Source: an uncultured Candidatus Rokubacteria bacterium (lineage in GTDB: Bacteria; Methylomirabilota; Methylomirabilia; Rokubacteriales; CSP1-6). From it: a stretch of DNA of 64,000 nt. Position 1 is the first letter of the stretch, and the number at the start of each line of letters is the position of its first letter. Of this stretch, positions 10,616 through 19,648 are shown in pieces. Location: positions 1-64,000 of the forward strand of contig CAVWFS010000001.1 in NCBI GenBank assembly GCA_963754315.1, in the 5' to 3' direction. Under the pieces are notes generated by a model, which did not search any database, was not told where the DNA came from, and saw nothing but the letters and a program-made list of their open reading frames with translations. The translations under genes and the position numbers were made by a program.

Positions 10616-11122
10616 TCAGCCGGGCAACCTCCAGACGGGGCCCGCCGGGGGCTCCCCGGTCAAGGCGAACTGAGGAAGGGCCAGGTGGTCGGCCAGATCC
10701 TGGAAAACTACCCGCACGCGCTTGCCGATGGCAACGTTTTCCTCGGCCTCGGGACGGCCGTCGGCTCCGACGAGGTTGGCGATCATGCGGACTCCCTCGT
10801 CGGCCGTGGGGTGTCCGCGCTGCTCGTCGAGCTCTACCAGCACCACTGGATAGGGCGCCCATTCCTTGAAGCCGGGCTGGATGGCGTGCACGACGATCTC
10901 GTACGAAATGATTGTCCCCCGCCCGCTCACCTCGCGATGGGTCCACTCGAGCGACGCGCACCACGGGCACCCGTGCAAGGGCGGATAGCGCATGAGCTCA
11001 CACGCTCGGCAGGCCCGCATGATCAGGCGGTGCTGGCGAGCGGCGGCATAGAAGTCCTTCCACTCGCTGTCGTTGTCAGGGACGATCAGGGGCATTCCCC
11101 GATACTGAACGGGCTCGGGCAT
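10616..11122 (-). CDS. Zn-ribbon/OB-fold (DUF35-type) thiolase partner
   Basis: CRAC...CPWC, SGRGTI, PYPVVLVELDE. Confidence 0.85.
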   Translation of the reverse strand: MPEPVQYRGMPLIVPDNDSEWKDFYAAARQHRLIMRACRACELMRYPPLHGCPWCASLEWTHREVSGRGTIISYEIVVHAIQPGFKEWAPYPVVLVELDEQRGHPTADEGVRMIANLVGADGRPEAEENVAIGKRVRVVFQDLADHLALPQFALTGEPPAGPVWRLPG

Positions 11123-11134
11123 CCTCTCTCTCCT

Positions 11135-12349
11135 TCAATTCCGCATGATCAGGGCACTGCCGGCGTGGGGGTTGGCCCAGCCCAGGTTCATGGTGATACG
11201 TGGGCCTTTCACCTGGCGGCAGCGGCCCGGAGCATAGTCGTAGGTGTGGATACCGTCGGCGGCGCGGGGGCAGAAGTCGTCGACAGTACCGCGCAGCTGC
11301 CGGACATTCTCGATCACCATGGACATTCCATGGGTGTATCCCTCGCACAGATGTCCACCGGCAGTGTTGTTGGGACGCCGGCCGCCCAGCTCGATGATCC
11401 CGCTCGAGACGTAGGCGCCGCCCTCTCCCTTTTTGCAGAAGCCGTAGTCCTCGAGCTGCAGCAAGGTCGTGAAGGTGAAGGCATCGTAAGAGCCGGTGAT
11501 GTCGACATCCTCGGGCCCGATGCCGGCCTGGCCGAACACGATGTCCTTTGCGTAGTAGCCGGCGACCCGCGCGAGCGGTCCGGTGGCCCAGTGGAAGTCG
11601 CTGCGGGGCTTGGAGACGCGGCCGGCCACGCCCATGATGGTGATGGGCTTTGCCTTGAGATCGCGCGCCCGCTCCGCCGAGGTCACGATGAGGCAGGTCG
11701 CGTTGTCGGTCTCCAGGCAGCAGTCGAGAAGGTGGAGCGGCTTCACAACCCAGCGCGAGTTCACGACGTCCTCCACCGTCACCCGCTCCTTCAGGAGGGC
11801 CTTGGGGTTCTGGGAGGCGTGCTTGCTGTGGGCGACCTTCACATGGGCCACCTGTTCGGAGGTGGTGCCGTACTCGTACATGTGGCGCATGAAGGTGAGG
11901 GCGAACTGCTGCCCGGCGCTGGTCATCCCGAAAGGACGCCAGGCCAAGTCGGGCCCCCGGACGGGCGCCGCCGAGCGCACGCCGGTGCCGCCGATGCGAA
12001 CCTCCGTGTAACCGTTCATGGAGCGGAAGAGGGCGACCGTGTTGCACATGCCGGCCTCGATCGCGCCCATGGCCAACCCGACGAGCGCCTCTGTCGAGGA
12101 GCCCCCTCCCACCACGTCCATGAAGAAGTTGAGGCGGATCCCGAGGTCGCCAGCCACGAACTGGGAGAAGCTTGAGTCGTTGTTCTGATAGCTCATCATT
12201 CCGTCGACATCACGGTTGGTGAGCCCAGCGTCCGCCATGGCTCGGGCCAGGGCCTGGACGGCCATGGCCCGCGTGGTGCGGCCGGAGTTGCGGGAGTACT
12301 CCGTCTCCCCGATTCCGACGATACAGTACTTGTCACGAAGCGAGTTCAT
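11135..12349 (-). CDS. Thiolase-like protein (SCP-x/lipid-transfer type)
   Basis: IVGIGET, PLHLLDCC, YDAFT, EDYGFCKKGEG, NTAGGHLCEGY; GAGGAGG RBS before ATG 12349. Confidence 0.85.
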   Translation of the reverse strand: MNSLRDKYCIVGIGETEYSRNSGRTTRAMAVQALARAMADAGLTNRDVDGMMSYQNNDSSFSQFVAGDLGIRLNFFMDVVGGGSSTEALVGLAMGAIEAGMCNTVALFRSMNGYTEVRIGGTGVRSAAPVRGPDLAWRPFGMTSAGQQFALTFMRHMYEYGTTSEQVAHVKVAHSKHASQNPKALLKERVTVEDVVNSRWVVKPLHLLDCCLETDNATCLIVTSAERARDLKAKPITIMGVAGRVSKPRSDFHWATGPLARVAGYYAKDIVFGQAGIGPEDVDITGSYDAFTFTTLLQLEDYGFCKKGEGGAYVSSGIIELGGRRPNNTAGGHLCEGYTHGMSMVIENVRQLRGTVDDFCPRAADGIHTYDYAPGRCRQVKGPRITMNLGWANPHAGSALIMRN

Positions 12350-12404
12350 CGAGCCTCCTCGACCGCGCAGTGACACGACCGGCCGATATATTAACCTACC
12401 TAAT

Positions 12405-12808
12405 GGGGGGCCTCGAAGGGCCCCCCAAGCCCCCCTGACGCTCGGGGTGCCCCGGGGAACCCGTGGCACCCCTCGGGAGCACGCCAGCTTTGGGGGCCTC
12501 GAAAGGGCCCCCCAAGCCCCCCTGACGCTCGGGGTGCCCCGGGGAACCCGTGGCACCCCTCGGGGGCACGCCAGCTTTTGGGGGCCTCGAAGGGCCCCCC
12601 AAGCCCCCCTGACGCTCGGGGTGCCCCGGGGAACCCGTGGCACCCCTCGGGGGCACGCCAGTCTTTGGGGGCCTCGAAGGGCCCCCCAAGCCCCCCTGAC
12701 GCTCGGGATGCCCCGGGGAACCCGTGGCACCCCTCGGGGGCACGCCAGCTTTGGGGGCCTCGAAAGGGCGCCCAGCCCTCGGGGCACGCCAGCTTTGGGG
12801 GCGCTCGA
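12405..12808. repeat. Tandem array of four 86-88 bp palindromic units plus a degenerate partial unit
   Basis: Unit GGGGGCCTCGAAGGGCCCCCCAAGCCCCCCTGACGCTCGGGGTGCCCCGGGGAACCCGTGGCACCCCTCGGGGGCACGCCAGCTTT, near-identical copies, two hairpins per unit. Confidence 0.95.
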
Positions 12809-12825
12809 ACGTGGCAGGAACCCGC

Positions 12826-13527
12826 TCAGCCGCCGAGGTAGGCGCGCTTCACGTGTTCGTTCTGCAGAAGGTCGCGGGCGGGTCCTGTCAGGGTGATGGA
12901 GCCCGTCTCCATGACGTAGGCGCGATCGGCCATCCGGAGCGCACCGTAGGCGTTCTGCTCCACCATTAGGACGGTGGCGCCACGGTTGCGGATGCCCTTG
13001 ATGATCTCGAAGGTCGTTTCCACCATCGTGGGAGCCAACCCGAGGGAAGGTTCATCGAAGAGGATGAGCCGCGGACGAGCCATGAGGGCGCGACCGATGG
13101 CGAGCATCTGCTGTTCGCCGCCCGAGAGAGTGCCCGCGGCCTGACGCGAGCGCTCGCCCAGAATGGGGAAGTGCCGATAGACTTCCCGTAAGTCGGCCTC
13201 GACTTCGGAATCCCGCCGCACATAGGCGCCCATCCGGAGGTTTTCCTCTACCGTCAGATACGGAAAGACGCGCCTGCCTTCCGGGCAGTGAGCAATTCCG
13301 CGCCGCAGGATCTCCGGGGGCGGCAGGCCACGGATGTCTTGACCCTCGAAGACGATCCTTCCCTCGGTTGCGTGCACGATCCCCGAGATGGTCTTGAGGG
13401 TGGTGGTCTTGCCGGCCCCGTTGGCGCCGACAAGGCATACAAGTTCGCCGTACCCCACAGTGAGGCTGACGCCGCGGAGGGCCTCCACGCGCCCATACCC
13501 GGCGCGCACGCCTTCAAGCGTCAGCAC
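12826..13527 (-). CDS. Branched-chain amino acid-type ABC ATPase (LivF-like)
   Basis: GANGAGKTT, PEGRRVF, LSGGEQQMLAIGR. Confidence 0.9.
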   Translation of the reverse strand: MLTLEGVRAGYGRVEALRGVSLTVGYGELVCLVGANGAGKTTTLKTISGIVHATEGRIVFEGQDIRGLPPPEILRRGIAHCPEGRRVFPYLTVEENLRMGAYVRRDSEVEADLREVYRHFPILGERSRQAAGTLSGGEQQMLAIGRALMARPRLILFDEPSLGLAPTMVETTFEIIKGIRNRGATVLMVEQNAYGALRMADRAYVMETGSITLTGPARDLLQNEHVKRAYLGG

Positions 13528-14281
13528 GCCCGGTTCCCAGGTAGGCGCGAATGACCTCGGGGTCCATCTGGATCTCTCCAGGAGATCCGTGGGCGATGAC
13601 CCGGCCGTAATTCAGCACGACCACGCGGTCAGAAATGCCCATCACCAGGCGCATGTCGTGCTCGACGAGCAGCACGGTGATTCCCTGGTCGCGGACCCGC
13701 TGGATGAGCCTGGTGACCGCGACCTTCTCGCTCCCGGTCATGCCGGCGGCAGGCTCGTCGAGCAGAAGCAGGCGTGGCCGAGCGGCCAGGGCAATGGCGA
13801 GTTCGAGCAGACGCTGCTCGCCATACGCAAGCGTGCTGGCTACCGTGGCCCGTTGCGCCGGCAAGCCCACGAAGTCCAGGATGGCTTCGGCCTCTTGGGT
13901 CAGCCGCTCATCTTCCGACCGCAAGCGCCGGCGCCGGAAGAGGACGTCAAAGAGACTGGTTTGCACACGCAGGTGCAGACCGATCATGACGTTATCGAAG
14001 GTCGTAAGCTCGGGGAAAAGGCTGGTCTTCTGGAAGGTGCGCACCACCCCCCGCGCTGCGATGTCGCAGGCGCGCAGCCCGCCAAGCGAGTGGCCGTCAT
14101 AGCGGACCTCCCCGCCGGTGGGGCGCACGTATCCAGTAATGGCGTTGAAGGCCGTGGTCTTTCCCGCCCCGTTGGGCCCGATCAGGCTGGTGATCGAGCC
14201 GGGCTCGACCCCGAAGGATACTCCGGCGAGAGCGGTGACACCTCCGAAGGATACTGCCAGATCCTGCACGCTCAGGGTCAT
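13514..14281 (-). CDS. Branched-chain amino acid-type ABC ATPase (LivG-like)
   Basis: GPNGAGKTT, RTFQ, LDEPAAG, VEHDM, AYLG. Confidence 0.9.
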   Translation of the reverse strand: MTLSVQDLAVSFGGVTALAGVSFGVEPGSITSLIGPNGAGKTTAFNAITGYVRPTGGEVRYDGHSLGGLRACDIAARGVVRTFQKTSLFPELTTFDNVMIGLHLRVQTSLFDVLFRRRRLRSEDERLTQEAEAILDFVGLPAQRATVASTLAYGEQRLLELAIALAARPRLLLLDEPAAGMTGSEKVAVTRLIQRVRDQGITVLLVEHDMRLVMGISDRVVVLNYGRVIAHGSPGEIQMDPEVIRAYLGTGRADA

Positions 14282-15216
14282 CGCCGTCGGTGGCCGACAA
14301 GGGCCGGCACGATACCCTGCGGCAGGAAGAAGAGAGTCAGGATCAGCAGGATGCCGTACAACAACATCTGCCATTGCCACGAGGTGATCTCGCGGAGGAT
14401 CTCGGGCAGCGCCGTGAAGATGAGCGCTCCCACGATCGGCCCCGCCAAGGTGCCTTTGCCCCCCGCGACCACCATGATCACCCACGTCACCGTGTAGCTG
14501 AACAGGAAGACCTCGGGAGAGACGAGTCGGGTGTAGTGGACGTACAGGCTGCCGCCTGCTCCAGCCATCGCGGCGCTCACGGTGGTGGCCAGCACCAAGT
14601 AGCGGGTCGAGTCGATCCCCACGGACTCGCCGAGGGTCTCGTTCTCACGCAGGGCCAGGAGGGCGCGCCCGATAGGTGAGTAGACGAGACGATGGCACAC
14701 GGCATAGGCAAGCCCGGCCGCCACCAGGACGAGGTAGTAGACTGACGTCTTGCTGCGCAAGACGAAGCCGCCGATCTCGGCGGGTGGAATCCCCGGCAAC
14801 CCCAGGGGCCCGTTGGTCAAGTCCATCCAGTTGACGCTGACGAGCGAGACGACACCCGCGAAGCTGATGGTGACCAGAACGAAGTAGGCCCCCCGCAGCC
14901 TCAGGGCAAGCCGGCCGATCACATAGCCGGTGAGGCCCGGGAGGGCGAGCGCGGCCAGGAAGCCGAGCAGAAACGGCCAGTCGAGCTTGAAGGTCAGCAA
15001 GGCGGAGGCGTAGGCGCCGATCCCGAAGAAGGCAGCGTGGCCGAGCGAGAGCTGTCCGGTATAGCCGAGGAGCAGGTTCATGCTGAGGGCAAGGATGGAG
15101 AAGATGGCGGCCATGATGGCGATGTGCAGGTAGTAGGGACTGGTGACCCAGCCGGGCACGGTGGCCAGGACGACCAGGAGAGCAGTCGCGGTTCCCCCAC
15201 GACGCCACGCGCTCAT
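14278..15216 (-). CDS. ABC permease (LivM-like)
   Basis: GYTGQLSLGHAAFFGIGAY, LRLRGAYF. Confidence 0.9.
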   Translation of the reverse strand: MSAWRRGGTATALLVVLATVPGWVTSPYYLHIAIMAAIFSILALSMNLLLGYTGQLSLGHAAFFGIGAYASALLTFKLDWPFLLGFLAALALPGLTGYVIGRLALRLRGAYFVLVTISFAGVVSLVSVNWMDLTNGPLGLPGIPPAEIGGFVLRSKTSVYYLVLVAAGLAYAVCHRLVYSPIGRALLALRENETLGESVGIDSTRYLVLATTVSAAMAGAGGSLYVHYTRLVSPEVFLFSYTVTWVIMVVAGGKGTLAGPIVGALIFTALPEILREITSWQWQMLLYGILLILTLFFLPQGIVPALVGHRRR

Positions 15217-16085
15217 CCGACGCGCTCGGCGCGGGCGAAGAGCCCAGAGGGGCGCACGACCAGCACGACAATGATGATGATGAAGCCCACCGCGTCCCGG
15301 TAGCCCGACGAGATGTAACCAGCGCCGAACTCCTCGGCCAGACCGAGGATGAGGCCACCCAGCAGCGCGCCAGAGACGTTGCCGAGACCACCGAGGATGA
15401 CCACGCAGAAGGCCTTCAAAGAGGCCAGATCTCCCATGGAGGGATAGACGAGAAAGACGGAGCCAAGAAGGGCACCGGCGGCGGCGGCGAGCCCAGAGCC
15501 GAAGGCGAAGGTGAGGGTGTGGATGCGCGGGACGTCGATCCCCATGAGGGCGGCCGTCTCGCGATCCTGGAAGGTCGCCCGCATAGCCGTCCCCACCCGC
15601 GTGCGATTGATGAGCAGGTGTGAGCCGAGGATGAGCAGGAGAACCGCGCCGAGGACGAACAGTCGCAGGGGTGCTACCGAGACTGGACCAAGGCCGACGG
15701 GCTCGGTGGGAAATGGATGCTCGATGGCCTTGGCGACGCCGCCCCAGACGAGTAGTTCCGAGTTCTGCATGGTGATCCACAGGCCGATCATCACCAGCAT
15801 GACCGTGTCGATGGAGGCCCCCCCGAGTGGTCGGAGGAGCACGCGTTCGGCCAAGGCCCCCAGAAACATCCCCACCGCGATGGCCACGAGGACGGCGGCG
15901 ACGAACGGGAGCCCCGCCACGGCCAGGGTAGCGTATGTCATGTACGCGCCGAGGGTATAGAACTCGCCATGGGCAAAGTTCACCACGCTCATCAGGCCGA
16001 AGATGAGCGTCAGCCCAATCCCGAGAAGGGCGTATGTCCCGCCGAGCAGCAGCCCGTTCAGAACGTGCTGAAGAAAGCCCTCCAA
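15213..16085 (-). CDS. ABC permease (LivH-like)
   Basis: GLTLIFG..VVNFAHG, G.AMRA. Confidence 0.9.
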   Translation of the reverse strand: MEGFLQHVLNGLLLGGTYALLGIGLTLIFGLMSVVNFAHGEFYTLGAYMTYATLAVAGLPFVAAVLVAIAVGMFLGALAERVLLRPLGGASIDTVMLVMIGLWITMQNSELLVWGGVAKAIEHPFPTEPVGLGPVSVAPLRLFVLGAVLLLILGSHLLINRTRVGTAMRATFQDRETAALMGIDVPRIHTLTFAFGSGLAAAAGALLGSVFLVYPSMGDLASLKAFCVVILGGLGNVSGALLGGLILGLAEEFGAGYISSGYRDAVGFIIIIVVLVVRPSGLFARAERVG

Positions 16086-16090
16086 CGCCT

Positions 16091-17251
16091 TTAGAGCTTC
16101 GGCAGGGTCACCTTCCCATCACGGATTTGCACGATGAAGATGCTCGGCTTGTTTTGTCCGCTCTCCTTGCCGGCGGGGCCATCTTTCTCGAAGCGGATCG
16201 GCCCGTTGACACCCGTGATGTTGACCTTCCACAGGCCGGCTTGGATGGCCTTGGGGTCGGCAGCGCCGGCGATGCGGATAGCCTCAGCCACAGTCAGTAC
16301 GGCATCGACGCCCCGGAACCCTTCGGTAAGTCCGTCGAAGGGCAAGCCGCGCTTGCTCCATTCATCGACAAACGCCTTGGCTTGCTTGGGGTCGGGCATG
16401 GCCTCGGGAAACCAGGGCAGGAAAACGAGCACGTGATAGGAACCTTCGGCAGCGGGACCGGCGTGCTTGATGAGCTGACTAGGCGACGAGCTGCCTCCTG
16501 TGGTGACGATCCGCCGGTTGAGCCGCAACTCCTGAGCCTGTTTCAGCAACAGGGTGATCTGCTCCACACTGGTGGTCACCAGTAGAGTGTCGGCGCCGGA
16601 GCCCTTGATCTTGGTGAGCTGGGCACTGAGGTCGGTGGCCGCCTGATCCATGTACTCGACGGTTCCCACCTGGGCCCCGCCCCGCTTGAGAACCTCGCCG
16701 AAGGCGCCCACGGCGCCGCGGCCCCAGTCCGTGTTGACTGCCAGAAAGTCGTACTTCTTGATACCCAGCGCGGTCAGCTGTTTCTCGAGGCCCAGCGCCT
16801 CCATCTCGCTGGGCGGGCTGATGCGAAAGACCCACGGGTTGCCGCGCTTGGTGATCGACGCCGCGCTCGAGGTTTCCACCACCATCGGCACCCCATATTC
16901 CTCCAGCTTGGGCATGGCGGCCAGGGTCATGGAGCTACCCCACGCTCCGATGATCACGGGGACCTTGTCCCGTACGATGAGCTTCTCCGCCGCGCTGGCC
17001 GCCTCCTTGGGGTCCGACTTGTTGTCTTCGATGACGAGCTCGACCTTGCGGCCGAGCACCCCACCGCGCGCGTTCACCCAGTCACGGCCGATCTCCGCGC
17101 CCATCCGAACGAAGTTGCCCGAGGCGGCTACGGGTCCGGAGAGAGGTTGGATGAGGCCAATCTTGATCGGTCCTTCCTGGGCGGCCAGAAACGGCACTCC
17201 GGCCGAGGCCAGCAGAGCCGCCCCCACCGTGAACACGATCGCTCTACGCAT
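16091..17251 (-). CDS. ABC substrate-binding protein (LivK/Peripla_BP_6-like)
   Basis: Signal peptide, PIKIGLIQPLSGP; AGGAGG RBS. Confidence 0.9.
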   Translation of the reverse strand: MRRAIVFTVGAALLASAGVPFLAAQEGPIKIGLIQPLSGPVAASGNFVRMGAEIGRDWVNARGGVLGRKVELVIEDNKSDPKEAASAAEKLIVRDKVPVIIGAWGSSMTLAAMPKLEEYGVPMVVETSSAASITKRGNPWVFRISPPSEMEALGLEKQLTALGIKKYDFLAVNTDWGRGAVGAFGEVLKRGGAQVGTVEYMDQAATDLSAQLTKIKGSGADTLLVTTSVEQITLLLKQAQELRLNRRIVTTGGSSSPSQLIKHAGPAAEGSYHVLVFLPWFPEAMPDPKQAKAFVDEWSKRGLPFDGLTEGFRGVDAVLTVAEAIRIAGAADPKAIQAGLWKVNITGVNGPIRFEKDGPAGKESGQNKPSIFIVQIRDGKVTLPKL

Positions 17252-17281
17252 GACAAACCTCCTGGGGACGAACGTTGCCTC

Positions 17282-17310
17282 AATCTAGGGAGCCTGACCC
17301 AGTGTGTCAA
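17282..17310 (-). promoter_or_regulatory. Putative sigma70 promoter for the ABC operon
   Basis: TTGACA-17 bp-TAGATT on the minus strand, about 30 bp above the start codon. Confidence 0.65.
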
Positions 17311-17356
17311 GCTGTGCGGTTCGACCATGCGCTCCCGCGGATCGTCGGCATGTTGG

Positions 17357-18340
17357 TCAATACCAGAGCTGACGGTCAACTGCATTGCGGAGCGGGCGAC
17401 TGGCGAGGAAGCGACGCACGTTGTCGAACACGAGATCGAGCGTGCGATCGGCGTAGTCCGGAGCGTCCGAAGAGCAGTGAGGTGTCATGATCAGATTGGG
17501 GGTGCGCCACAGTGGGGACGAGGCCGGCAGCGGCTCGGGCTCGAACACGTCCAGAATGGCCCCCCCCAGCTCCCCGCTTGTGAGTTTCTCGGCGAGGGCG
17601 TCATAGTCGACGACACCAGCGCGCCCCATATTGATCAACCCCGCGCCGGGCTTCATGAGCGCGAGCTGGCGGCGGCCGATGAGGTTGCGCGTGTGCGGCG
17701 TCAGCGGTGTTGTGACCAGGACGATATCCGCCTGCGGCAGCAGGCTGTCGAGGGCACCCGGTCCGGCCATACGGTCGACATGTCGCCGGGGCTGCCCGCC
17801 GCGGCGTATGCCGAGAACGCGCATGCCGAGCTGCTTGGCGCGGGCGGCGGCCGCGCGGCCCATCTCGCCCACGCCGACAATGAGCAACGTCTTGCCGGTG
17901 ACCGGCGCCGGGAAGGCCTGCTTCCAGTGCCCGCGGGACTGGTTGGCTACATGAAATGGGATGCGATTGTTCAGCATCAGAATGGCCATGGCCGCGTATT
18001 CGCCCGCCTTTGGGCCGTGCACACCGCTGTTGTTGGTGATGACCACCCCTTCCGGTACCCAGTCGAACGGGGCCACGTGCTCCAGACCAGCCCCGGTGAG
18101 ATGGATCCAGCGCAGGTCCGGCGCATGACCGTGCAGATCCAGCCGGGCAAACTCCCATCCGATGAGGATCTCCGCCGTCTCCAGCATCTGGTGCAGCCCT
18201 TCCTGATCCCAAGCGAATGTCGGACGCAGCTGCCGGCCAAGGTCCGCGTGACGCCGGCAGGCCGCCGCCCAGCGGGCCGGGGTGATCCAGAAGACCTGGT
18301 CGTAGTGACGCGCATTGTCGATGTGCACATGAAGGCGCAC
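17357..18340 (-). CDS. D-2-hydroxyacid dehydrogenase family protein
   Basis: IVGVGEMG, LINMGR, LDVFEPEPLP, MTPH; start uncertain. Confidence 0.85.
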   Translation of the reverse strand: MRLHVHIDNARHYDQVFWITPARWAAACRRHADLGRQLRPTFAWDQEGLHQMLETAEILIGWEFARLDLHGHAPDLRWIHLTGAGLEHVAPFDWVPEGVVITNNSGVHGPKAGEYAAMAILMLNNRIPFHVANQSRGHWKQAFPAPVTGKTLLIVGVGEMGRAAAARAKQLGMRVLGIRRGGQPRRHVDRMAGPGALDSLLPQADIVLVTTPLTPHTRNLIGRRQLALMKPGAGLINMGRAGVVDYDALAEKLTSGELGGAILDVFEPEPLPASSPLWRTPNLIMTPHCSSDAPDYADRTLDLVFDNVRRFLASRPLRNAVDRQLWY

Positions 18341-18520
18341 AGCGGGGGACGAGGGGCGACGCCGCGTGGACCGACGGAGGGACGCAGTCACGAGTCTCAG
18401 AGTATGCGGCGCTTGGGGGCGCACGACAAGGCGCGGTCGGGAATTCACCGTTGGCTCCGGTATGATAGCGCCGGGCTTCGGCGCCGGCGGGCACGGGCGA
18501 AGCGACGAGGGGATGCACGG

Positions 18521-19648
18521 ATGGCAGGCGATCTGGATCCTGCGCTGTACGCGACCACGCGGCGGCCGCTGCTGGAAGCGGAGACGCTCCCGCCGGCCGC
18601 CTACACCGATGCGGCGTTCTACCGACGCGAGGTGGAGCGTATCTTTCGACGCGAGTGGATGTTCATTGGCCGAGCCGACGTGATTTCACGACCGGGCGAC
18701 TACTTCACGTCGGAGTGTGCTGGCGTGCCGCTGATCGTGGCGCGCGGCCAGGATCACCGCGTACGCGCCTTCGCCAATGCCTGTCGCCATCGCGGTTCGC
18801 TGATCGTGGAGGGGGAAGGGCACAGCCGCGCCTTTCGGTGTCCTTACCACAGCTGGACGTACGGCCTCGATGGCCGATTGCTGGCGGCGTCCGAGATGCA
18901 GAAGACACGGGACTTCGATCCGACGCGTTACTCCTTGGTCCCCATCCGGCTCGAGACGTGGAACGGCTTTCTCTTCGTCGACCTCGGGGGCCACCAGGTG
19001 CCGGTGCCACAGTACTTTGGTGATCTCGGCGAGAAGCTTGCCAGTTATCGTCTGGAAGACATGGTCTGCCTTCGCCGCCAGACCTTCGAGGTCAGGTGCA
19101 ACTGGAAGCTCTTCGTGGAGAACGCCATGGAGGAGCTTCATATCGCCACGGTGCATCGCAAGACCATCCAACAGTACGCCCCCACCGACACCCACGCGCC
19201 GGAGTCGGCCCGCGGCCACTACTGCGCACTCTACTCGAAGCACGAGGGGTCGATGGCGCTTCTCAAGGGCGACCACGGCTTCCCCCCCATCCCCACTCTC
19301 GAAGGTAAGGCGGCTGAAGGCACCTACTTCATCATGCTCTACCCCATGACGATGCTCGCCTGCACCGTCGACTGCATGTGGTATCTGGAGTTGTTGCCCC
19401 AGGGGCCCGACCGGACCACTCTCATCCACGGCGGCTGCTTCCCGCGCGCCACCGTGGCGCGCCAGGATTTCGCGGCGGTGGTGTCGCGCTACTATCATCG
19501 CTGGGATACCACCATCGGGGAGGATATCGTGGCTTCCGAGTGGCAGCAGCGTGGACTCAGCTCTCCTCTGGCGGCGCGCGGGCGGTTCTCGTTCAGGGAG
19601 AGCCTGGTTCACGAAATCGACAACTGGGTCCTCGACCGTGTCCTGTGA
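18521..19648 (+). CDS. Rieske non-heme iron oxygenase alpha subunit (choline monooxygenase/CntA-like group)
   Basis: CRHRG...CPYH Rieske motif, NWKLFVENAMEELHIATVH iron ligands. Confidence 0.9.
   Translation: MAGDLDPALYATTRRPLLEAETLPPAAYTDAAFYRREVERIFRREWMFIGRADVISRPGDYFTSECAGVPLIVARGQDHRVRAFANACRHRGSLIVEGEGHSRAFRCPYHSWTYGLDGRLLAASEMQKTRDFDPTRYSLVPIRLETWNGFLFVDLGGHQVPVPQYFGDLGEKLASYRLEDMVCLRRQTFEVRCNWKLFVENAMEELHIATVHRKTIQQYAPTDTHAPESARGHYCALYSKHEGSMALLKGDHGFPPIPTLEGKAAEGTYFIMLYPMTMLACTVDCMWYLELLPQGPDRTTLIHGGCFPRATVARQDFAAVVSRYYHRWDTTIGEDIVASEWQQRGLSSPLAARGRFSFRESLVHEIDNWVLDRVL

Noticed and set aside
12350..12787. Repetitive N-terminal extension of the thiolase (550-aa ORF)
   Set aside because: It is a translation of the DNA repeat; the real start with a GAGGAGG RBS is at 12349
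12405..12808. CRISPR array
   Set aside because: Whole 86-88 bp units repeat with no unique spacers, and there are no cas genes in the window
17147..18520. 833-aa fusion in front of the Rieske domain
   Set aside because: It is the antisense shadow of the dehydrogenase gene; the Rieske gene has its own RBS and ATG at 18521
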